Positions 44,989-56,147 are shown, numbered from the stretch's first letter. The stretch: DNA of 64,000 nucleotides from Candidatus Eiseniibacteriota bacterium (GCA_035691845.1 DASSIN010000061.1:2950-66949), one strand, 5' to 3'. A program made the numbers and translations. The notes: generated from the sequence alone by a model not told the origin.

Positions 44989-45006
44989 ACGATGATGGCG
45001 GCGCGG

Positions 45007-46824
45007 CTACCGGCCGGGTGTGGCCGCCGTCGCGGTGCTCTTCGCCTGCAGCCGCTGCTCGAGGCCCTTGAGCTCGTCGCGGATGCCCTGCGGCAGCCGG
45101 TCGCCGAAGCGGTCGAGATGCTGCCGGATCTGCGGCATCTCGGCGAGCCAGCCCTCGACGTCCACGCGCGTCAGCTCCTCGAGCACGCCGGGCGCCATGT
45201 TCAGGCCCGAGGTGTCGAGCGCGCCGGGCGCCGGCAGGTGGCCGATCGGCGTCTCCGTGGCTTTGGCGGCGCCGTTCACGCGCTCGAAGATCCACTTGAG
45301 CACGCGGCTGTTCTCGCCGTAGCCGGGCCACAGGAACCGGCCGTCCGCGCCCTTGCGGAACCAGTTCACGTGGTAGATGCGCGGCAGCTTCGCCGCCTCC
45401 CCGCGCGCGCCGATCGCCAGCCAGTGGCCGAAGTAGTCGCCCATGTGGTAGCCGCAGAACGGCAGCATCGCGAACGGATCGAAGCGCAGCTGCCCCACCG
45501 CGCCGGCCGCCGCGGCCGTGGTCTCGCTGCTCATGATCGCGCCCAGGAACGTGCCGTGCTGCCACGAGCGCGCCTCGTTGACGAGCGGCACCGTGCTCGC
45601 GCGCCGTCCGCCGAACAGGATCGCCGAGATCGGCACGCCGCGCGGATTCTCCCACTCCGGCGAGATCGCCGGGCACTGATTGGCGGGCGTGGTGAAGCGC
45701 GCGTTCGGATGCGCGGCCTTGCGCCCCGCCTTCGGATTCCACGGGCGCCGCAGCCAGTCCACCGCCTGCGGTGGCGCCGCGTCGGTCATTCCCTCCCACC
45801 ACACGTCGCCTTCCGGGGTGATCGCGCAGTTGGTGAAGATCGAATTCTTCGCCACCGTGCGCATCGCATTCGGATTGCTGGCCATGCCGGTGCCGGGCGC
45901 GACACCGAAGAATCCGGCCTCGGGATTGATCGCCCACAGCCGGCCGTCCTCGCCGTACTTCATCCACGCGATGTCGTCGCCGACCGTCTCCACCTTCCAG
46001 CCCGGCAGCGTGGGCGTGAGCATGGCGAGGTTGGTCTTGCCGCACGCCGACGGGAACGCGCCCGCCACGTAGATGGTGCGGCCCTCGGGGTTGGTGATGC
46101 CGAGGATCAGCATGTGCTCGGCCATCCAGCCCTCGTCGCGCGCCTGCACCGAGGCGATGCGCAGCGCGTGGCACTTCTTGCCGAGCAGCGCGTTGCCGCC
46201 GTAGCCGGAGCCGAACGACATGATCTCGCGCGTGGCCGGGAAGTGGGAGATGTACCTGTGCTGCGGATTGCACGGCCACGGGCTGTCGGGCTGGTTCTCG
46301 GCCAGCGGGGCGCCCACCGAGTGCAGGCCGCGCACGAACTCGCCGTCGCCGAGCGACTCCAGCACCTTCGTTCCCACCCGCGCCATCAGGTGCATGTTGG
46401 CGACCACGTATGGCGAGTCGGTGATCTCGACGCCGATCTTGGCGATCGGCGAGCCGATCGGGCCCATGCTGTAGGGGATCACGTACATGGTGCGCCCCTG
46501 CATGCAGCGGTAGAACAGCTCGTCCAGCGTGGTCTTCATCTCGGCCGGGTCGCGCCAGTGATTGCTGGGGCCGGCGTCCTCGCGCTCGGGCGAGCAGATG
46601 AACGTGAACTCCTCGACGCGCGCCACGTCGGCGGGGTCGGAGCGCACGGCGATCGAGTTCGGCCGCCTGGCCGGATCGAGCATCATGCCGGTGCCGGTCT
46701 GGACCATCAGGCGCAGCATGGCCTGATACTCCGCCGGCGAGCCGTCGCACCACACCACGGCGTCCGGCTGGCACAGATCGGCCGTGTCACGCACCCAGGC
46801 TTCGAGCTTCGCGTTGCGGGTCAT
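45007..46824 (-). CDS. pckG: Phosphoenolpyruvate carboxykinase (GTP)
   Basis: Kinase-1a P-loop [11 protein letters not shown]. The GTP-PEPCK signature [11 protein letters not shown]. Nucleotide-binding FGGRRA. 605 aa. Confidence 0.9.
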   Translation of the reverse strand: MTRNAKLEAWVRDTADLCQPDAVVWCDGSPAEYQAMLRLMVQTGTGMMLDPARRPNSIAVRSDPADVARVEEFTFICSPEREDAGPSNHWRDPAEMKTTLDELFYRCMQGRTMYVIPYSMGPIGSPIAKIGVEITDSPYVVANMHLMARVGTKVLESLGDGEFVRGLHSVGAPLAENQPDSPWPCNPQHRYISHFPATREIMSFGSGYGGNALLGKKCHALRIASVQARDEGWMAEHMLILGITNPEGRTIYVAGAFPSACGKTNLAMLTPTLPGWKVETVGDDIAWMKYGEDGRLWAINPEAGFFGVAPGTGMASNPNAMRTVAKNSIFTNCAITPEGDVWWEGMTDAAPPQAVDWLRRPWNPKAGRKAAHPNARFTTPANQCPAISPEWENPRGVPISAILFGGRRASTVPLVNEARSWQHGTFLGAIMSSETTAAAAGAVGQLRFDPFAMLPFCGYHMGDYFGHWLAIGARGEAAKLPRIYHVNWFRKGADGRFLWPGYGENSRVLKWIFERVNGAAKATETPIGHLPAPGALDTSGLNMAPGVLEELTRVDVEGWLAEMPQIRQHLDRFGDRLPQGIRDELKGLEQRLQAKSTATAATPGR

Positions 46825-47126
46825 GGCGTCGTCCTGGGATCACCCGACAGCGGATCACCCGGTTGGGGTAGGCCCGCCCACCGCACGGGCAGGATTCGAG
46901 GTTTGCGCGCATGGTAGCGCGGCCCCGTGCGGTGGGGCAAAGACGGTTGCGGGCGCGCGCCGTCGACCGGCCTGACATCGTGTCACGACGCCCGCTTGCG
47001 CGCGGGGGCCGTGCGCGCGAAGGTGGCATCGGAACCCATGCACGCGGGGTGGCGGCGGGTTGCGCGGGCCGGATCGCCCGCGGCGCCGCCGGCACCGCGG
47101 CCCGCGCCTTGTCTGGAGGAACCGTC

Positions 47127-48266
47127 ATGCCCAGCCGCGCCCATCAACTGCTCGAGCTCGGACAGAGCGTGTGGCTCGACTACATCCACCGCGCGCAGCT
47201 CGCCTCGGGCGAGTTCACGAGCCTGGTGCGCGATTCCGGCGTGGTGGGCGTCACGTCGAACCCCACCATCTTCCAGCAGGCGATCGCCGAGGGAAAGGTG
47301 TACCAGGGCGCGATCGACGCCGGCGTGGCGCGCCATCTCGAGGGCGAGGCGCTGTTCGAGAGCCTGGCGCTCGACGACATCCGCACCGCGTGCGATCTGC
47401 TGGCGCCGGTGTTCGCGCGCACCGGCGGCCGCGACGGACGCGTGAGCCTGGAGGTGGCGCCGCGCGCGGCGTTCGACACCCACACCACGATCGCCGACGG
47501 GCGCCGGCTGCACCGCGAGGCCGGCCGACCCAACGTGATGATCAAGGTGCCGGCCACCGAGGCCGGGCTGCCGGCGATCGCCGAGCTGACCGCCGAGGGC
47601 GTGTGCGTCAACATCACGCTGATCTTCTCGCTCGACCGCTACGCGCAGGTGATCGACGCCTGGCTCGCCGGACTCGAGCGGCGCGTGGCCTCGCGGCTCG
47701 ACATCTCCGAGATCTTCTCGGTGGCGTCGTTCTTCGTGTCGCGCGTGGACACCAAGGTGGACGGCGCGATCGAGCAGCGGCTGAAGGCGCTGCCCGACGG
47801 CCCCGAGCGCCGCGAGCTCGAGGGCCTGCGCGGCCAGGCGGCGGTGGCGAACGCCCGGCTCGCGTATCAGAAGTTCCGCGACGCGTTCGGGAGCGCGCGG
47901 TTCGCCGCGCTGCGCGAGCGCGGCGCGCACGTGCAGCGCCCGCTGTGGGCCTCGACCAGCACCAAGAACCCCGCCTACCCGGACACGCTGTACGTGGACG
48001 AGCTGATCGGTTCCGACACGGTGAACACGATGCCACCGAAGACGCTGCAGGCGTTCAACGACCACGGCACGCTGGCCGTGACGATCGATCGCGACCTGGA
48101 CCAGGCGCGGCGGCTGTTCCAGCGGCTGCCCGAGCTCGGCATCCCGGTGAACGAGCTGATCGCGCAGCTCGAGGGCGAGGGCGTGAAGACGTTCGCGAAG
48201 TCGTTCGACTCCCTGCTCGAGACGCTGGAGCAGTCGCGCCAGGCGGCGGCCGGACGCATGCGATGA
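47127..48266 (+). CDS. tal: Transaldolase
   Basis: GGAGGAA Shine-Dalgarno. GVTSNPTIF and NVMIKVPAT (active-site Lys) motifs. 379 aa. Confidence 0.85.
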   Translation: MPSRAHQLLELGQSVWLDYIHRAQLASGEFTSLVRDSGVVGVTSNPTIFQQAIAEGKVYQGAIDAGVARHLEGEALFESLALDDIRTACDLLAPVFARTGGRDGRVSLEVAPRAAFDTHTTIADGRRLHREAGRPNVMIKVPATEAGLPAIAELTAEGVCVNITLIFSLDRYAQVIDAWLAGLERRVASRLDISEIFSVASFFVSRVDTKVDGAIEQRLKALPDGPERRELEGLRGQAAVANARLAYQKFRDAFGSARFAALRERGAHVQRPLWASTSTKNPAYPDTLYVDELIGSDTVNTMPPKTLQAFNDHGTLAVTIDRDLDQARRLFQRLPELGIPVNELIAQLEGEGVKTFAKSFDSLLETLEQSRQAAAGRMR

Positions 48267-49936
48267 GCGGCTGGACGCCCGAGCGCGTGCGCGACGTCTC
48301 GGCGCGGCTGTGGCGTCGCGACGTGACGTTGTGGGGCGACGCGCCCGGGCGCCGGCGCGTGGCCGCCGACCGCCTGGGCTGGCTCGAGCTGCCGTGGAAG
48401 ATGGAGGCCGAGGTCCCGGGGATCGAGCGGTTCGCGCGCGAGGTGGCGGCCGACGGCTTCACCCACGCCGTGCTGCTCGGCATGGGCGGCTCGAGCCTCG
48501 CGCCCGAGGTGATGCGGCTCACGTTCGGCGTGCGTCCCGGATTCCTCGACCTGGCCGTGCTCGACAACACCTCCCCCGCCGCGGTGCGCGCCGTGATGGG
48601 CTCCCACGACCCCGCGCGCACGCTGGTGGTGGTGTCGTCCAAGTCCGGCGCCACGATCGAGGTGGACTGCTTCGAGCGCACGCTGTTCCCGTGGGTGGCG
48701 GCGGCGCGCGGCGGCGAGGCCGGCGCGGCGTTCGTGGCCATCACCGACCCGGGCACGCCGCTCGCGACGCGCGCGCGCGAGCGCGGCTACCGGCGCACGT
48801 TCGTGAATCCGCCCGACATCGGCGGGCGCTACTCGGCGCTGTCGCTGTTCGGGCTCGTGCCCGCCGCGCTGTGCGGCGTGGACGTCGGCGCGCTGCTGGC
48901 GCATGCGCGCGCGTTCGGCGAGCGCGCGCGCGCGGGCGACGACCTCACCGCGGCGCAGCTCGGCGCCACGCTCGGCGCGCTGGCGCGCGCAGGGCGCGAC
49001 AAGCTCACGTTCGTCGCCGGGCGGGGCGCCGAGTCGCTGGGCGCGTGGCTCGAGCAGCTGATCGCCGAGAGCACCGGCAAGGAGGGCCGCGGCATCGTGC
49101 CCGTTGACCACGAGCCGCTGGCGCCGCCCGCGGCCTACGGCGACGACCGCGTGTTCGTCGCGCTCGCGACCGACCGCTCGCCCGTCGAGCCCGATCCCGC
49201 GCTGCAGTCGCTGGCCGCACACGCGCATCCGGTGCTGCGCGAGCCGCTGAACGCGCTCGACGAGCTGGGTGCCGCGTTCCTGCGCTGGGAGATCGCCACC
49301 GCCGTGGCGGGCGCGGCGCTCGACCTCGATCCGTTCGACGAGCCCAACGTGGCCGAGGCCAAGCACGCGACGCGCGAGGTGCTGGAACGCGCGATCGCGC
49401 GCGGCGGGTTCCAGGATCCCGCGCCGCGCTTCGCCGGGCGCAGCGTGCGCGTGTTCGCGCCCGATTCCGTTGCCGAGCGCGTGCGCGAGGGCGCCGAGCG
49501 GCGCGGGCATCCGGCGTCGTGGATCGCCGCGCTGCTCGCGCTCGCGCGCCCCGGCGACTACGTGGCGCTGCTGGCCTATCTGCACCGCACGCCCGAGATC
49601 CACGAGCGGCTCACGCGCCTGCGGGTCGCGGCGCGCGCCGCCACGCGCTGCGCCACCACGCTCGGCTACGGCCCGCGCTACCTGCACTCGACCGGACAGC
49701 TCCACAAGGGCGGTCCCAACACCGGAATGTTCCTGCAGATCACGGGCGACGAGGGCGGCGACGTACCGATCCCCGACCAGTCGTTCGGCTTCGCCTGGCT
49801 GCGCCGCGCCCAGGCCGATGGCGACTACGACGTGCTGGCCCGCCACGACCGCCGCGTGATGCGCGTCGACCTCGGCCCCGATCTGGAATCCGCGCTGGAC
49901 GAGATCGTCGACACCCTGACCGCCGCGCGGGTGTAG
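48263..49936 (+). CDS. pgi: Glucose-6-phosphate isomerase
   Basis: ATGA overlap with the tal stop. SIS-domain motifs LLGMGGSSL and VVSSKSGATIE. 557 aa. Confidence 0.8.
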   Translation: MSGWTPERVRDVSARLWRRDVTLWGDAPGRRRVAADRLGWLELPWKMEAEVPGIERFAREVAADGFTHAVLLGMGGSSLAPEVMRLTFGVRPGFLDLAVLDNTSPAAVRAVMGSHDPARTLVVVSSKSGATIEVDCFERTLFPWVAAARGGEAGAAFVAITDPGTPLATRARERGYRRTFVNPPDIGGRYSALSLFGLVPAALCGVDVGALLAHARAFGERARAGDDLTAAQLGATLGALARAGRDKLTFVAGRGAESLGAWLEQLIAESTGKEGRGIVPVDHEPLAPPAAYGDDRVFVALATDRSPVEPDPALQSLAAHAHPVLREPLNALDELGAAFLRWEIATAVAGAALDLDPFDEPNVAEAKHATREVLERAIARGGFQDPAPRFAGRSVRVFAPDSVAERVREGAERRGHPASWIAALLALARPGDYVALLAYLHRTPEIHERLTRLRVAARAATRCATTLGYGPRYLHSTGQLHKGGPNTGMFLQITGDEGGDVPIPDQSFGFAWLRRAQADGDYDVLARHDRRVMRVDLGPDLESALDEIVDTLTAARV

Positions 49937-50042
49937 CCGTTTCGAGCGGGCGGTGGCGCGCCGTGCGTGCAGGTCGCCGCGTGAACGGGTAAGCTCCCGC
50001 GACATCTGCTCCAGCCCGCTCCCCTCATCCGGAAGGAATCCC

Positions 50043-51254
50043 ATGCCCCGCGTCCGCCTCGCCGCCGTGCTCCCGACCGCCTGCCTCGGGCCGGCGATTG
50101 CCCTGCTCGCCTGGGCCGCGGCGCCTGCTCCGCCGGACGGGAAGAGCCTGGTGGACGACGTGTCGCGCACCTATCGCGGGCTCGATCACTACGACTTCGC
50201 CGGCAGCGTGACGCTGCGCGTGAACGCCAACGGCACGCAGCAGTCGTTCGAGATCCCGATGCGCGTCGCGCACGAGAAGCCGGGGCGCGATCACGTCGAG
50301 ATGCGGCATCCGATGATGGGCTTGATGGTGGTCTCGGACGGCGCGCACACCACGACCTGGCTGGCGCAGACCAACCGCTACGTCACGCGCGACGCCACGC
50401 CGCCGGCCGACAGCCTGGGCAACGCCGCGCCCGCCGGCTCGCCGATCGCGCGCTACTTCAACCTGGCCGCGAACATGAAGTCCGCGCGCGTGCTGGGCGA
50501 GCAGAGGATCCCGGTGGGCGGCGCCACGGCCGACACCTGGGTGCTCGAGCTGGTGCCCGATGCCGCGACCGCGATGGGCGGCGATTCCACCGCCAGCGCG
50601 GTGAGCACGCTGTGGATCGACAAGGCGCGGCACGTGGTGCTGCGCGACAGCACGCACATCCACTCGTCGCACTCGCCGATGGGCGGCGGCGTGCTCGACA
50701 TGACGCAGACGATCGCGATCAGCCAGGCGCGCGTGAACGAGCCGGTGCCCGACACGCTGTTCGCGTTCCACGCCCCCGCTGGCGCGCAGCAGGCGGCCGA
50801 CCCGTCGCAGCTCGCGGGCGGCGCGCCCACCACCAACCTCACCGGCCAGCAGGCGACCGACTTCACGCTCAAGGACGTGCTCGGGCGGCCGCACAAGCTG
50901 TCGGCCTATCGCGGCAAGGTGGTGATGCTTGACTTCTGGGCCACGTGGTGCGGCCCGTGCCGGATCGAGATGCCGACGGTGCAGAAGCTGTCGCGCGAGT
51001 ACCGGGTGAAGGGGCTGGTGACGTTCGCCGTGAACGTGGGCGAGACGGTGGCCAAGGTGAAGCCGTTCCTGGCCAAGAACGGCTACACGATGTCGGTGCT
51101 GCTCGACCCCGATCAGGCCGTCGCCGCCAACTATCAGGCGAGCGCGATTCCGACGCTCGTGATCATCGGTCGCAAGGGCGACATCGTCGCCTATTTCACC
51201 GGCGTGCACGACGAGGACACGCTGCGCGCCGCGCTCAAGAAAGCCGGACTGTAG
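50043..51254 (+). CDS. Secreted two-domain protein: N-terminal LolA-like/unknown domain plus C-terminal TlpA/ResA-like thiol-disulfide oxidoreductase
   Basis: Signal peptide. C-terminal thioredoxin fold with WATWCGPC, and the cis-Pro loop AIPTLVII. Confidence 0.6.
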   Translation: MPRVRLAAVLPTACLGPAIALLAWAAAPAPPDGKSLVDDVSRTYRGLDHYDFAGSVTLRVNANGTQQSFEIPMRVAHEKPGRDHVEMRHPMMGLMVVSDGAHTTTWLAQTNRYVTRDATPPADSLGNAAPAGSPIARYFNLAANMKSARVLGEQRIPVGGATADTWVLELVPDAATAMGGDSTASAVSTLWIDKARHVVLRDSTHIHSSHSPMGGGVLDMTQTIAISQARVNEPVPDTLFAFHAPAGAQQAADPSQLAGGAPTTNLTGQQATDFTLKDVLGRPHKLSAYRGKVVMLDFWATWCGPCRIEMPTVQKLSREYRVKGLVTFAVNVGETVAKVKPFLAKNGYTMSVLLDPDQAVAANYQASAIPTLVIIGRKGDIVAYFTGVHDEDTLRAALKKAGL

Positions 51255-51282
51255 CCGCGCGCTGGGGCGCGCTCGGCCGCGC

Positions 51283-52344
51283 TCAGCGCCGCGCGGAATC
51301 CGGGGATTCCCGGCGACCGAACCACACCCGCGCCTGCGCCGGATCCACGTTGCCTCCCGACAGGATCACGCCGATGCGCGCGCCCGGCGCGGCGAGCGCG
51401 CCCGAGCGCAGCGCGGCGAGCCCGAGCACGCCGGTCGGCTCGACCACGAGCTTGATGCGCTCCCACACGAACCGCATCGCCTCGATCAGCGCGGCGTCGG
51501 ACACGCACGTCATCGCGTGCACGTGACGGCGCATGATCGCGAACGGCAGCTCGCCCACGCTGGTGGTGCGCGCGCCGTCGGCGATGGTGTCGGGCGGCGC
51601 GGCCAGCGTCACGCGCTGCCCGGCGCGGAACGACTGCCCGCCGTCGTCGCCGGCCGCGGGCTCGACGCCGGTCACGCGGCAGCCGGGCGAGGCGTGGAAC
51701 GCGGCCACGGCGCAGCCCGACAACAGCCCGCCGCCGCCGACCGGCACCAGCAGGTGATCGAGGCCGCCCACGTCCTCGATCAGCTCGAGCGCGGCGGTGC
51801 CCTGGCCGGCCACGATGTCGGGATGGTCGAACGGCGGCACCAGCGTGAGCCCGCGCTCGCGCGCGAGCCGCGCGGCCAGCCCCTCGCGCGTTTCGCCCAG
51901 CCGGTCGTGGAACTGGACCTCGGCGCCGTAGCCGCGCGTGGCCGCCAGCTTGGGCGCGGGCGCGGTGCTCGGCATCACGATCACGGCCGGGACGCCGTGC
52001 AGCTTCGCCGCCAGCGCCACCGCCTGCGCGTGGTTGCCGGACGAGAACGTGACCACGCCGCGCGCGCGCACCGCCGGCGGCAGCGAGCGAACGGCGTTCC
52101 ACGCGCCGCGGAACTTGAACGCACCCATGCGCTGAAGGCACTCGGCCTTGAGGAACACGCGCGCCCCCACCTCGCGGTCGAGCGTGCGCGAGGTGACGAC
52201 CGGCGTCCTGTGCGCAACACCCGCGATGCGCGCGCGCGCCGCGAGCAGGTTCGCGACCAGCGTGGCGTCGTCGGGCGCCACGGGCGCGGGCGCGGGGCCC
52301 GCGTCACGCGCGTTCGCGGGCCCGGGCGATTCCGGCGCGGTCAC
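51283..52344 (-). CDS. Threonine/serine dehydratase (PLP-dependent ammonia-lyase)
   Basis: PLP Lys motif in GAFKFRGAWN; glycine loop SSGNHAQAVA; C-terminal GGGGLLSG. The start is tentatively the GTG overlapping the fumC stop (GTGA). Confidence 0.65.
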   Translation of the reverse strand: MTAPESPGPANARDAGPAPAPVAPDDATLVANLLAARARIAGVAHRTPVVTSRTLDREVGARVFLKAECLQRMGAFKFRGAWNAVRSLPPAVRARGVVTFSSGNHAQAVALAAKLHGVPAVIVMPSTAPAPKLAATRGYGAEVQFHDRLGETREGLAARLARERGLTLVPPFDHPDIVAGQGTAALELIEDVGGLDHLLVPVGGGGLLSGCAVAAFHASPGCRVTGVEPAAGDDGGQSFRAGQRVTLAAPPDTIADGARTTSVGELPFAIMRRHVHAMTCVSDAALIEAMRFVWERIKLVVEPTGVLGLAALRSGALAAPGARIGVILSGGNVDPAQARVWFGRRESPDSARR

Positions 52345-53750
52345 CCTCCGGCGCCGCCGCCGGCGTCGAGCCCGGGCTCCGTCTGCCGGCGCGGATCGAG
52401 CGCGTGGTCGATGTCGGCCGGCGACAGCTTCGTCATCTCGCGCGCCAGCTCGCGCACCGGACGGCGCTCGGCGAACGAGCGCTTGGCGATCTTCGCGGCC
52501 GCGTCGTAGCCGATCAGCGGATTGAGCGCGGTCGCCATGCTGGGCGAGATCTCGACGTAGCCGCGGCACGTCTCGACGTTGGCCGTCGTCCCGGCCAGCG
52601 CCTTGTCGGCGAACACGCGGCTGGCGGCCGCCAGCAGCCGGATGCTGTCGAGCAGGTTCTTCGCCATCATCGGCAACATGGTGTTGAGATCGAGCTGCCC
52701 CCACTGCGCGCCCATCGCCACCGCCTGGTGGTTGCCCGACACCTGCGCGCCCACCATGATCACCGCCTCGCAGATCACCGGATTCACCTTGCCCGGCATG
52801 ATGCTCGAGCCGGGCTGGATCGCGGGCAGCGTGACCTCGCTCAATCCGCAGCGCGGGCCCGAGTTCATCAGCCGCACGTCGTTGGCGATCTTGATCAGCG
52901 ACGCCGCCAGCGAGTGCAGCGCGGCGCTGGCCCACAGCGCGCCGTCCTGCGCGCCCTGGGCCTCGAAGTGGTTCGGCGCCTCGACGAACGGGAGCCCGGT
53001 CGCGTCCGCCAGCGCGGCCGCCACGCGCCGCCCGAACTCGGGGTGCGCGTTGATGCCGGTGCCGACCGCGGTGCCGCCGATCGCGAGCTCGCACAGGTCC
53101 GGCAGCGTGGCCGCGATGCGCGCCTTGCCGTGCGCGATCTGCGAGGCGTAGCCCGAGAACTCCTGCCCCAGCCGGATCGGGGTCGCGTCCATCAGGTGCG
53201 TGCGCCCGGTCTTGATCACGTCGTCCCACTCGCGCGCCTTGCGCTGCAACACCGCCTGCAACGTATCGAGCGCCGGCAGCAGGTCGCGCTGGAGCTCGCG
53301 CGCGGCCGACACGTGCAGCACGGTCGGGATCACGTCGTTGCTGCTCTGGCACAGGTTGACGTGGTCGTTGGGATGCACCTTCGTGCCGTCCCCGAGCAGC
53401 GCCGCGGCGCGGTGCGCGATCACCTCGTTGGCGTTCATGTTGGTGCTGGTGCCGCTGCCGGTCTGGAACACGTCGATCGGGAACTCCGCGTCCCACCGGC
53501 CGTCGGCCACCTCGCCCGCCGCGCGCGCGATCGCGGTGGCGAGCGGCGCGTGCAGCAGTCCCAGCGCCAGATTGGTCTCGGCCGCCATGCGCTTCACCAG
53601 CCCGAGCGCGTGCACGAACGCGGGCGGCAGCGGCTGGCCCGAGATCGGGAAGTTCTCGACCGCGCGCTGCGTCTGCGGGCCGTACAGGGCTTTGGCCGGC
53701 ACCTGCATCTCGCCCAGACTGTCCTTCTCGGTTCGAAATTCGACGGTCAT
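52341..53750 (-). CDS. fumC: Class II fumarate hydratase (fumarase C / aspartase family)
   Basis: Fumarate-lyase signature GSSIMPGKVNP. N-terminus MTVEFRTEKDSLGEMQVPAKALYGPQTQRAVENF. 469 aa. The printed numbering places the start codon 1 nt lower than the track frame. Confidence 0.75.
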   Translation of the reverse strand: MTVEFRTEKDSLGEMQVPAKALYGPQTQRAVENFPISGQPLPPAFVHALGLVKRMAAETNLALGLLHAPLATAIARAAGEVADGRWDAEFPIDVFQTGSGTSTNMNANEVIAHRAAALLGDGTKVHPNDHVNLCQSSNDVIPTVLHVSAARELQRDLLPALDTLQAVLQRKAREWDDVIKTGRTHLMDATPIRLGQEFSGYASQIAHGKARIAATLPDLCELAIGGTAVGTGINAHPEFGRRVAAALADATGLPFVEAPNHFEAQGAQDGALWASAALHSLAASLIKIANDVRLMNSGPRCGLSEVTLPAIQPGSSIMPGKVNPVICEAVIMVGAQVSGNHQAVAMGAQWGQLDLNTMLPMMAKNLLDSIRLLAAASRVFADKALAGTTANVETCRGYVEISPSMATALNPLIGYDAAAKIAKRSFAERRPVRELAREMTKLSPADIDHALDPRRQTEPGLDAGGGAGG

Positions 53751-54199
53751 GTCGCTGCTCCCGGGTTCAGGTGCTCGAATCCGCACAGCTCGACCCGGTT
53801 CTGGTCCGGGTCGCTGAAGTAGATGGAATCCGCATGCCACGCGCGAAACGTGATCGGGCCCTCGACCGCGATCCCGAGCGCCTCGAGGCGCGCCTGTTCG
53901 GCCGGGATCGCGGCGCGCGCGATCGCGATCGCGAAATGCGCCGGGCCGCCGGTGTGCGCGGCGCCGAACGACAGCGGCCGGCTGGTGAGCCCGATGCGCG
54001 GCAGCGCGCCCGCCGCACCGCTCCACAGCCACGCCCACGTCTCGCTGTCCTGGCGCTCGAGCGCCAACCCGACCACGTCGCGGTAGAACGCCACCGCGCG
54101 CGGCACGTCGGCCACGCGCAGCACCAGCTCCGACAGCCCGTGCCGGGCCGCGATCCCGGCCGGCGCCGCCGCGCCGCGCGCCGCCTGGCCGCCCGTCAT
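53747..54199 (-). CDS. VOC-family (glyoxalase/bleomycin-resistance/dioxygenase fold) protein
   Basis: Paired beta-alpha-beta-beta-beta modules: LVLRVADVPRAVAFYRDVVGL and HFAIAIARAAIPAEQARLEALGI. 150 aa. Confidence 0.5.
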   Translation of the reverse strand: MTGGQAARGAAAPAGIAARHGLSELVLRVADVPRAVAFYRDVVGLALERQDSETWAWLWSGAAGALPRIGLTSRPLSFGAAHTGGPAHFAIAIARAAIPAEQARLEALGIAVEGPITFRAWHADSIYFSDPDQNRVELCGFEHLNPGAAT

Positions 54200-54612
54200 G
54201 CCGGCAGGATCTCGAACCGGCTCGTGATCTCGACCGCCGGGCGCAGCATGGCGTGCACGCTGCAGTACTTCGTGTCCGACAGCCGGATCGCGTCCGCCAC
54301 CGCCGCCTCGCTGACGTCGTGGCCGGTGACGCGGTGCAGCACGTCGATGCGCGTGTAGGCGCGCGGGTGCTCCTCGCGCCGCTCACCGCTCACCACCACC
54401 TCGTAGTCGGTGATCTGCTGGCGCTTCTTGCGCAGGATGCTGATCACGTCCATGCCGGTGCAGCCGCCGAGCGCGGCCAGCACCGCCTGGATCGGCGAGG
54501 CCGCCATCGCGTCGGCGCCGGAGTCGAGCGTCATCATGAACCGCCCGACGTGCACCGAGAACCGCAGGCCCTGCTCGACGGTGGTGAGTCGCAGATGGGC
54601 GCGATCCGTCAT
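54196..54612 (-). CDS. osmC: OsmC/Ohr-family peroxiredoxin-like protein
   Basis: Two conserved Cys (GGCTGMD and KYCSVH), typical of OsmC. 138 aa. Confidence 0.65.
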   Translation of the reverse strand: MTDRAHLRLTTVEQGLRFSVHVGRFMMTLDSGADAMAASPIQAVLAALGGCTGMDVISILRKKRQQITDYEVVVSGERREEHPRAYTRIDVLHRVTGHDVSEAAVADAIRLSDTKYCSVHAMLRPAVEITSRFEILPA

Positions 54613-54625
54613 CCATGCCTCCCGC

Positions 54626-56071
54626 TCATGCCGCGTCCGGCGCCACCACCGTGGCGGCCGGCAGCGGGTTCTCGGGCACCGCGCCCAGCCCGCGCAGCTT
54701 GTTGTAGCCGTCGAGCGCCGCCACCTTGTAGCACTCGGCCAGCGTCGGATAGTTGAACACGTTGGCGACGAAGTAATCGAGCGTGCCGTTCAGGCTCATC
54801 ACCGCCTGCCCGATGTGCACCAGTTCCGTGGCCTGAGTGCCGAGGCACCACACGCCGAGGATGCTGCGATTCTCGATGTGGAACAGCAGCTTCAGCATCC
54901 CGTCCGGGTCGCCCAGGATCTGCCCGCGCGCGATCTCGCGGTAGCGCGCGATCCCGGTCTCGAACGGAACCCCCCTGGAGGTCAGCTCGGCCTCGGTCTT
55001 CCCCACCCACGCCACCTCGGGGATCGCGTAGATCCCGAACGGGAACAGCTCCGGCACCGCCTCGGCCGGAACGCCGAACGCGTGGCACACGGCCAGCCGA
55101 CCCTGCTCCATGCTGGTCGCCGCCAGCGCCGGGAAGCCGATCACGTCGCCCACCGCGTACACGTGCGGCACGCTCGTCTGATAGAAGCGGTTGACGGCGA
55201 TGCGCCCGCGCGCGTCGGCGGCGAGGCCGGCGCGGTCGAGTGCGAGCTCCGCCGTCGCGCCCACCCGGCCCGCCGACACCAGCACCAGGTCGGTGACGAA
55301 GCGCTTGCCGCTGTTCGTCACCACCACCGGACGGCCGTCGCCGTGGCGCTCGAGGCGCGCCACCTCCTCGCCCAGCCGGAACGTGACGCCGAGATTGCGC
55401 GCCTGGTACACGAGCGCGTCCGCGATCTCGCGGTCCATCATCTCCAGCAGCTCGGTGCGCCGATCGAGCAGCGTCACCTCGATGCCGAGCGCCGCGAAGA
55501 TGGTGGCGTACTCGGTGCCGATGATGCCGGCGCCCACCACGGTGAGCGCGCGCGGCAGCCGCTCGAGCTTCAGAATGTCGTCGCTCGTCAGCACGGTGGT
55601 GTGGTCCACCGTGAGCCCGGGCGGCATGCCGGGCGTGGTGCCGACCGCGATCACGACGCACTTCGCGCGGTAGCGCTCGGTGCCGGCGCCGTCGTCCACC
55701 ACCAGCGTGTCCGGACTCTCGAACGACGCGGTGCCGCCGATCAGCGTGACCCCGTTGCGGCCGAGCTGCGAGCGCACCACGTCCTGCTCCACCTGCATCA
55801 CGTGGTGCGCGCGCACCAGCAGATCCTGGATGGTGATGTCGGTGTCGCACCGGAACGACTGTCCGTACACGGAGCGCTGGCGCAGGCCCGACAGATCGAT
55901 CACCGCCTCGCGCAGCGTCTTGCTCGGAATCGTGCCGGTGTTGATCTGCACGCCGCCCACGTCGCGGCGTTTCTCGATCACCGCCACCGTGCGCCCCAGC
56001 TTGGCCGCCTGGATGGCCGCCTTCTGGCCGCCCGGACCGCTGCCGATCACGATCACGTCGAACTCGTGCAT
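54626..56071 (-). CDS. sthA: Soluble pyridine nucleotide transhydrogenase (Si-specific, SthA/UdhA)
   Basis: FAD motif VIVIGSGPGG. The redox-region analogue GGVQINTGTIPSK. NAD motif VVGAGIIG. C-terminus LAECYKVAAL. 481 aa. Confidence 0.75.
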   Translation of the reverse strand: MHEFDVIVIGSGPGGQKAAIQAAKLGRTVAVIEKRRDVGGVQINTGTIPSKTLREAVIDLSGLRQRSVYGQSFRCDTDITIQDLLVRAHHVMQVEQDVVRSQLGRNGVTLIGGTASFESPDTLVVDDGAGTERYRAKCVVIAVGTTPGMPPGLTVDHTTVLTSDDILKLERLPRALTVVGAGIIGTEYATIFAALGIEVTLLDRRTELLEMMDREIADALVYQARNLGVTFRLGEEVARLERHGDGRPVVVTNSGKRFVTDLVLVSAGRVGATAELALDRAGLAADARGRIAVNRFYQTSVPHVYAVGDVIGFPALAATSMEQGRLAVCHAFGVPAEAVPELFPFGIYAIPEVAWVGKTEAELTSRGVPFETGIARYREIARGQILGDPDGMLKLLFHIENRSILGVWCLGTQATELVHIGQAVMSLNGTLDYFVANVFNYPTLAECYKVAALDGYNKLRGLGAVPENPLPAATVVAPDAA

Positions 56072-56147
56072 GCCCCCTCGCGCGCGTGGCCCGAGTCCCG
56101 CAGCATAGGCCCCGCGTGGAAGCCCCACAACCCCGCCCCGCCGGGGC

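Noticed and set aside
52341-53822. ±1-2 nt disagreements between track ORF coordinates and positions derived by counting the printed sequence (seen at 52579, 53200, 53771)
   Set aside because: Probably a transcription or counting ambiguity rather than biology. Track coordinates were used where available, and starts chosen in this block may be off by a nucleotide.
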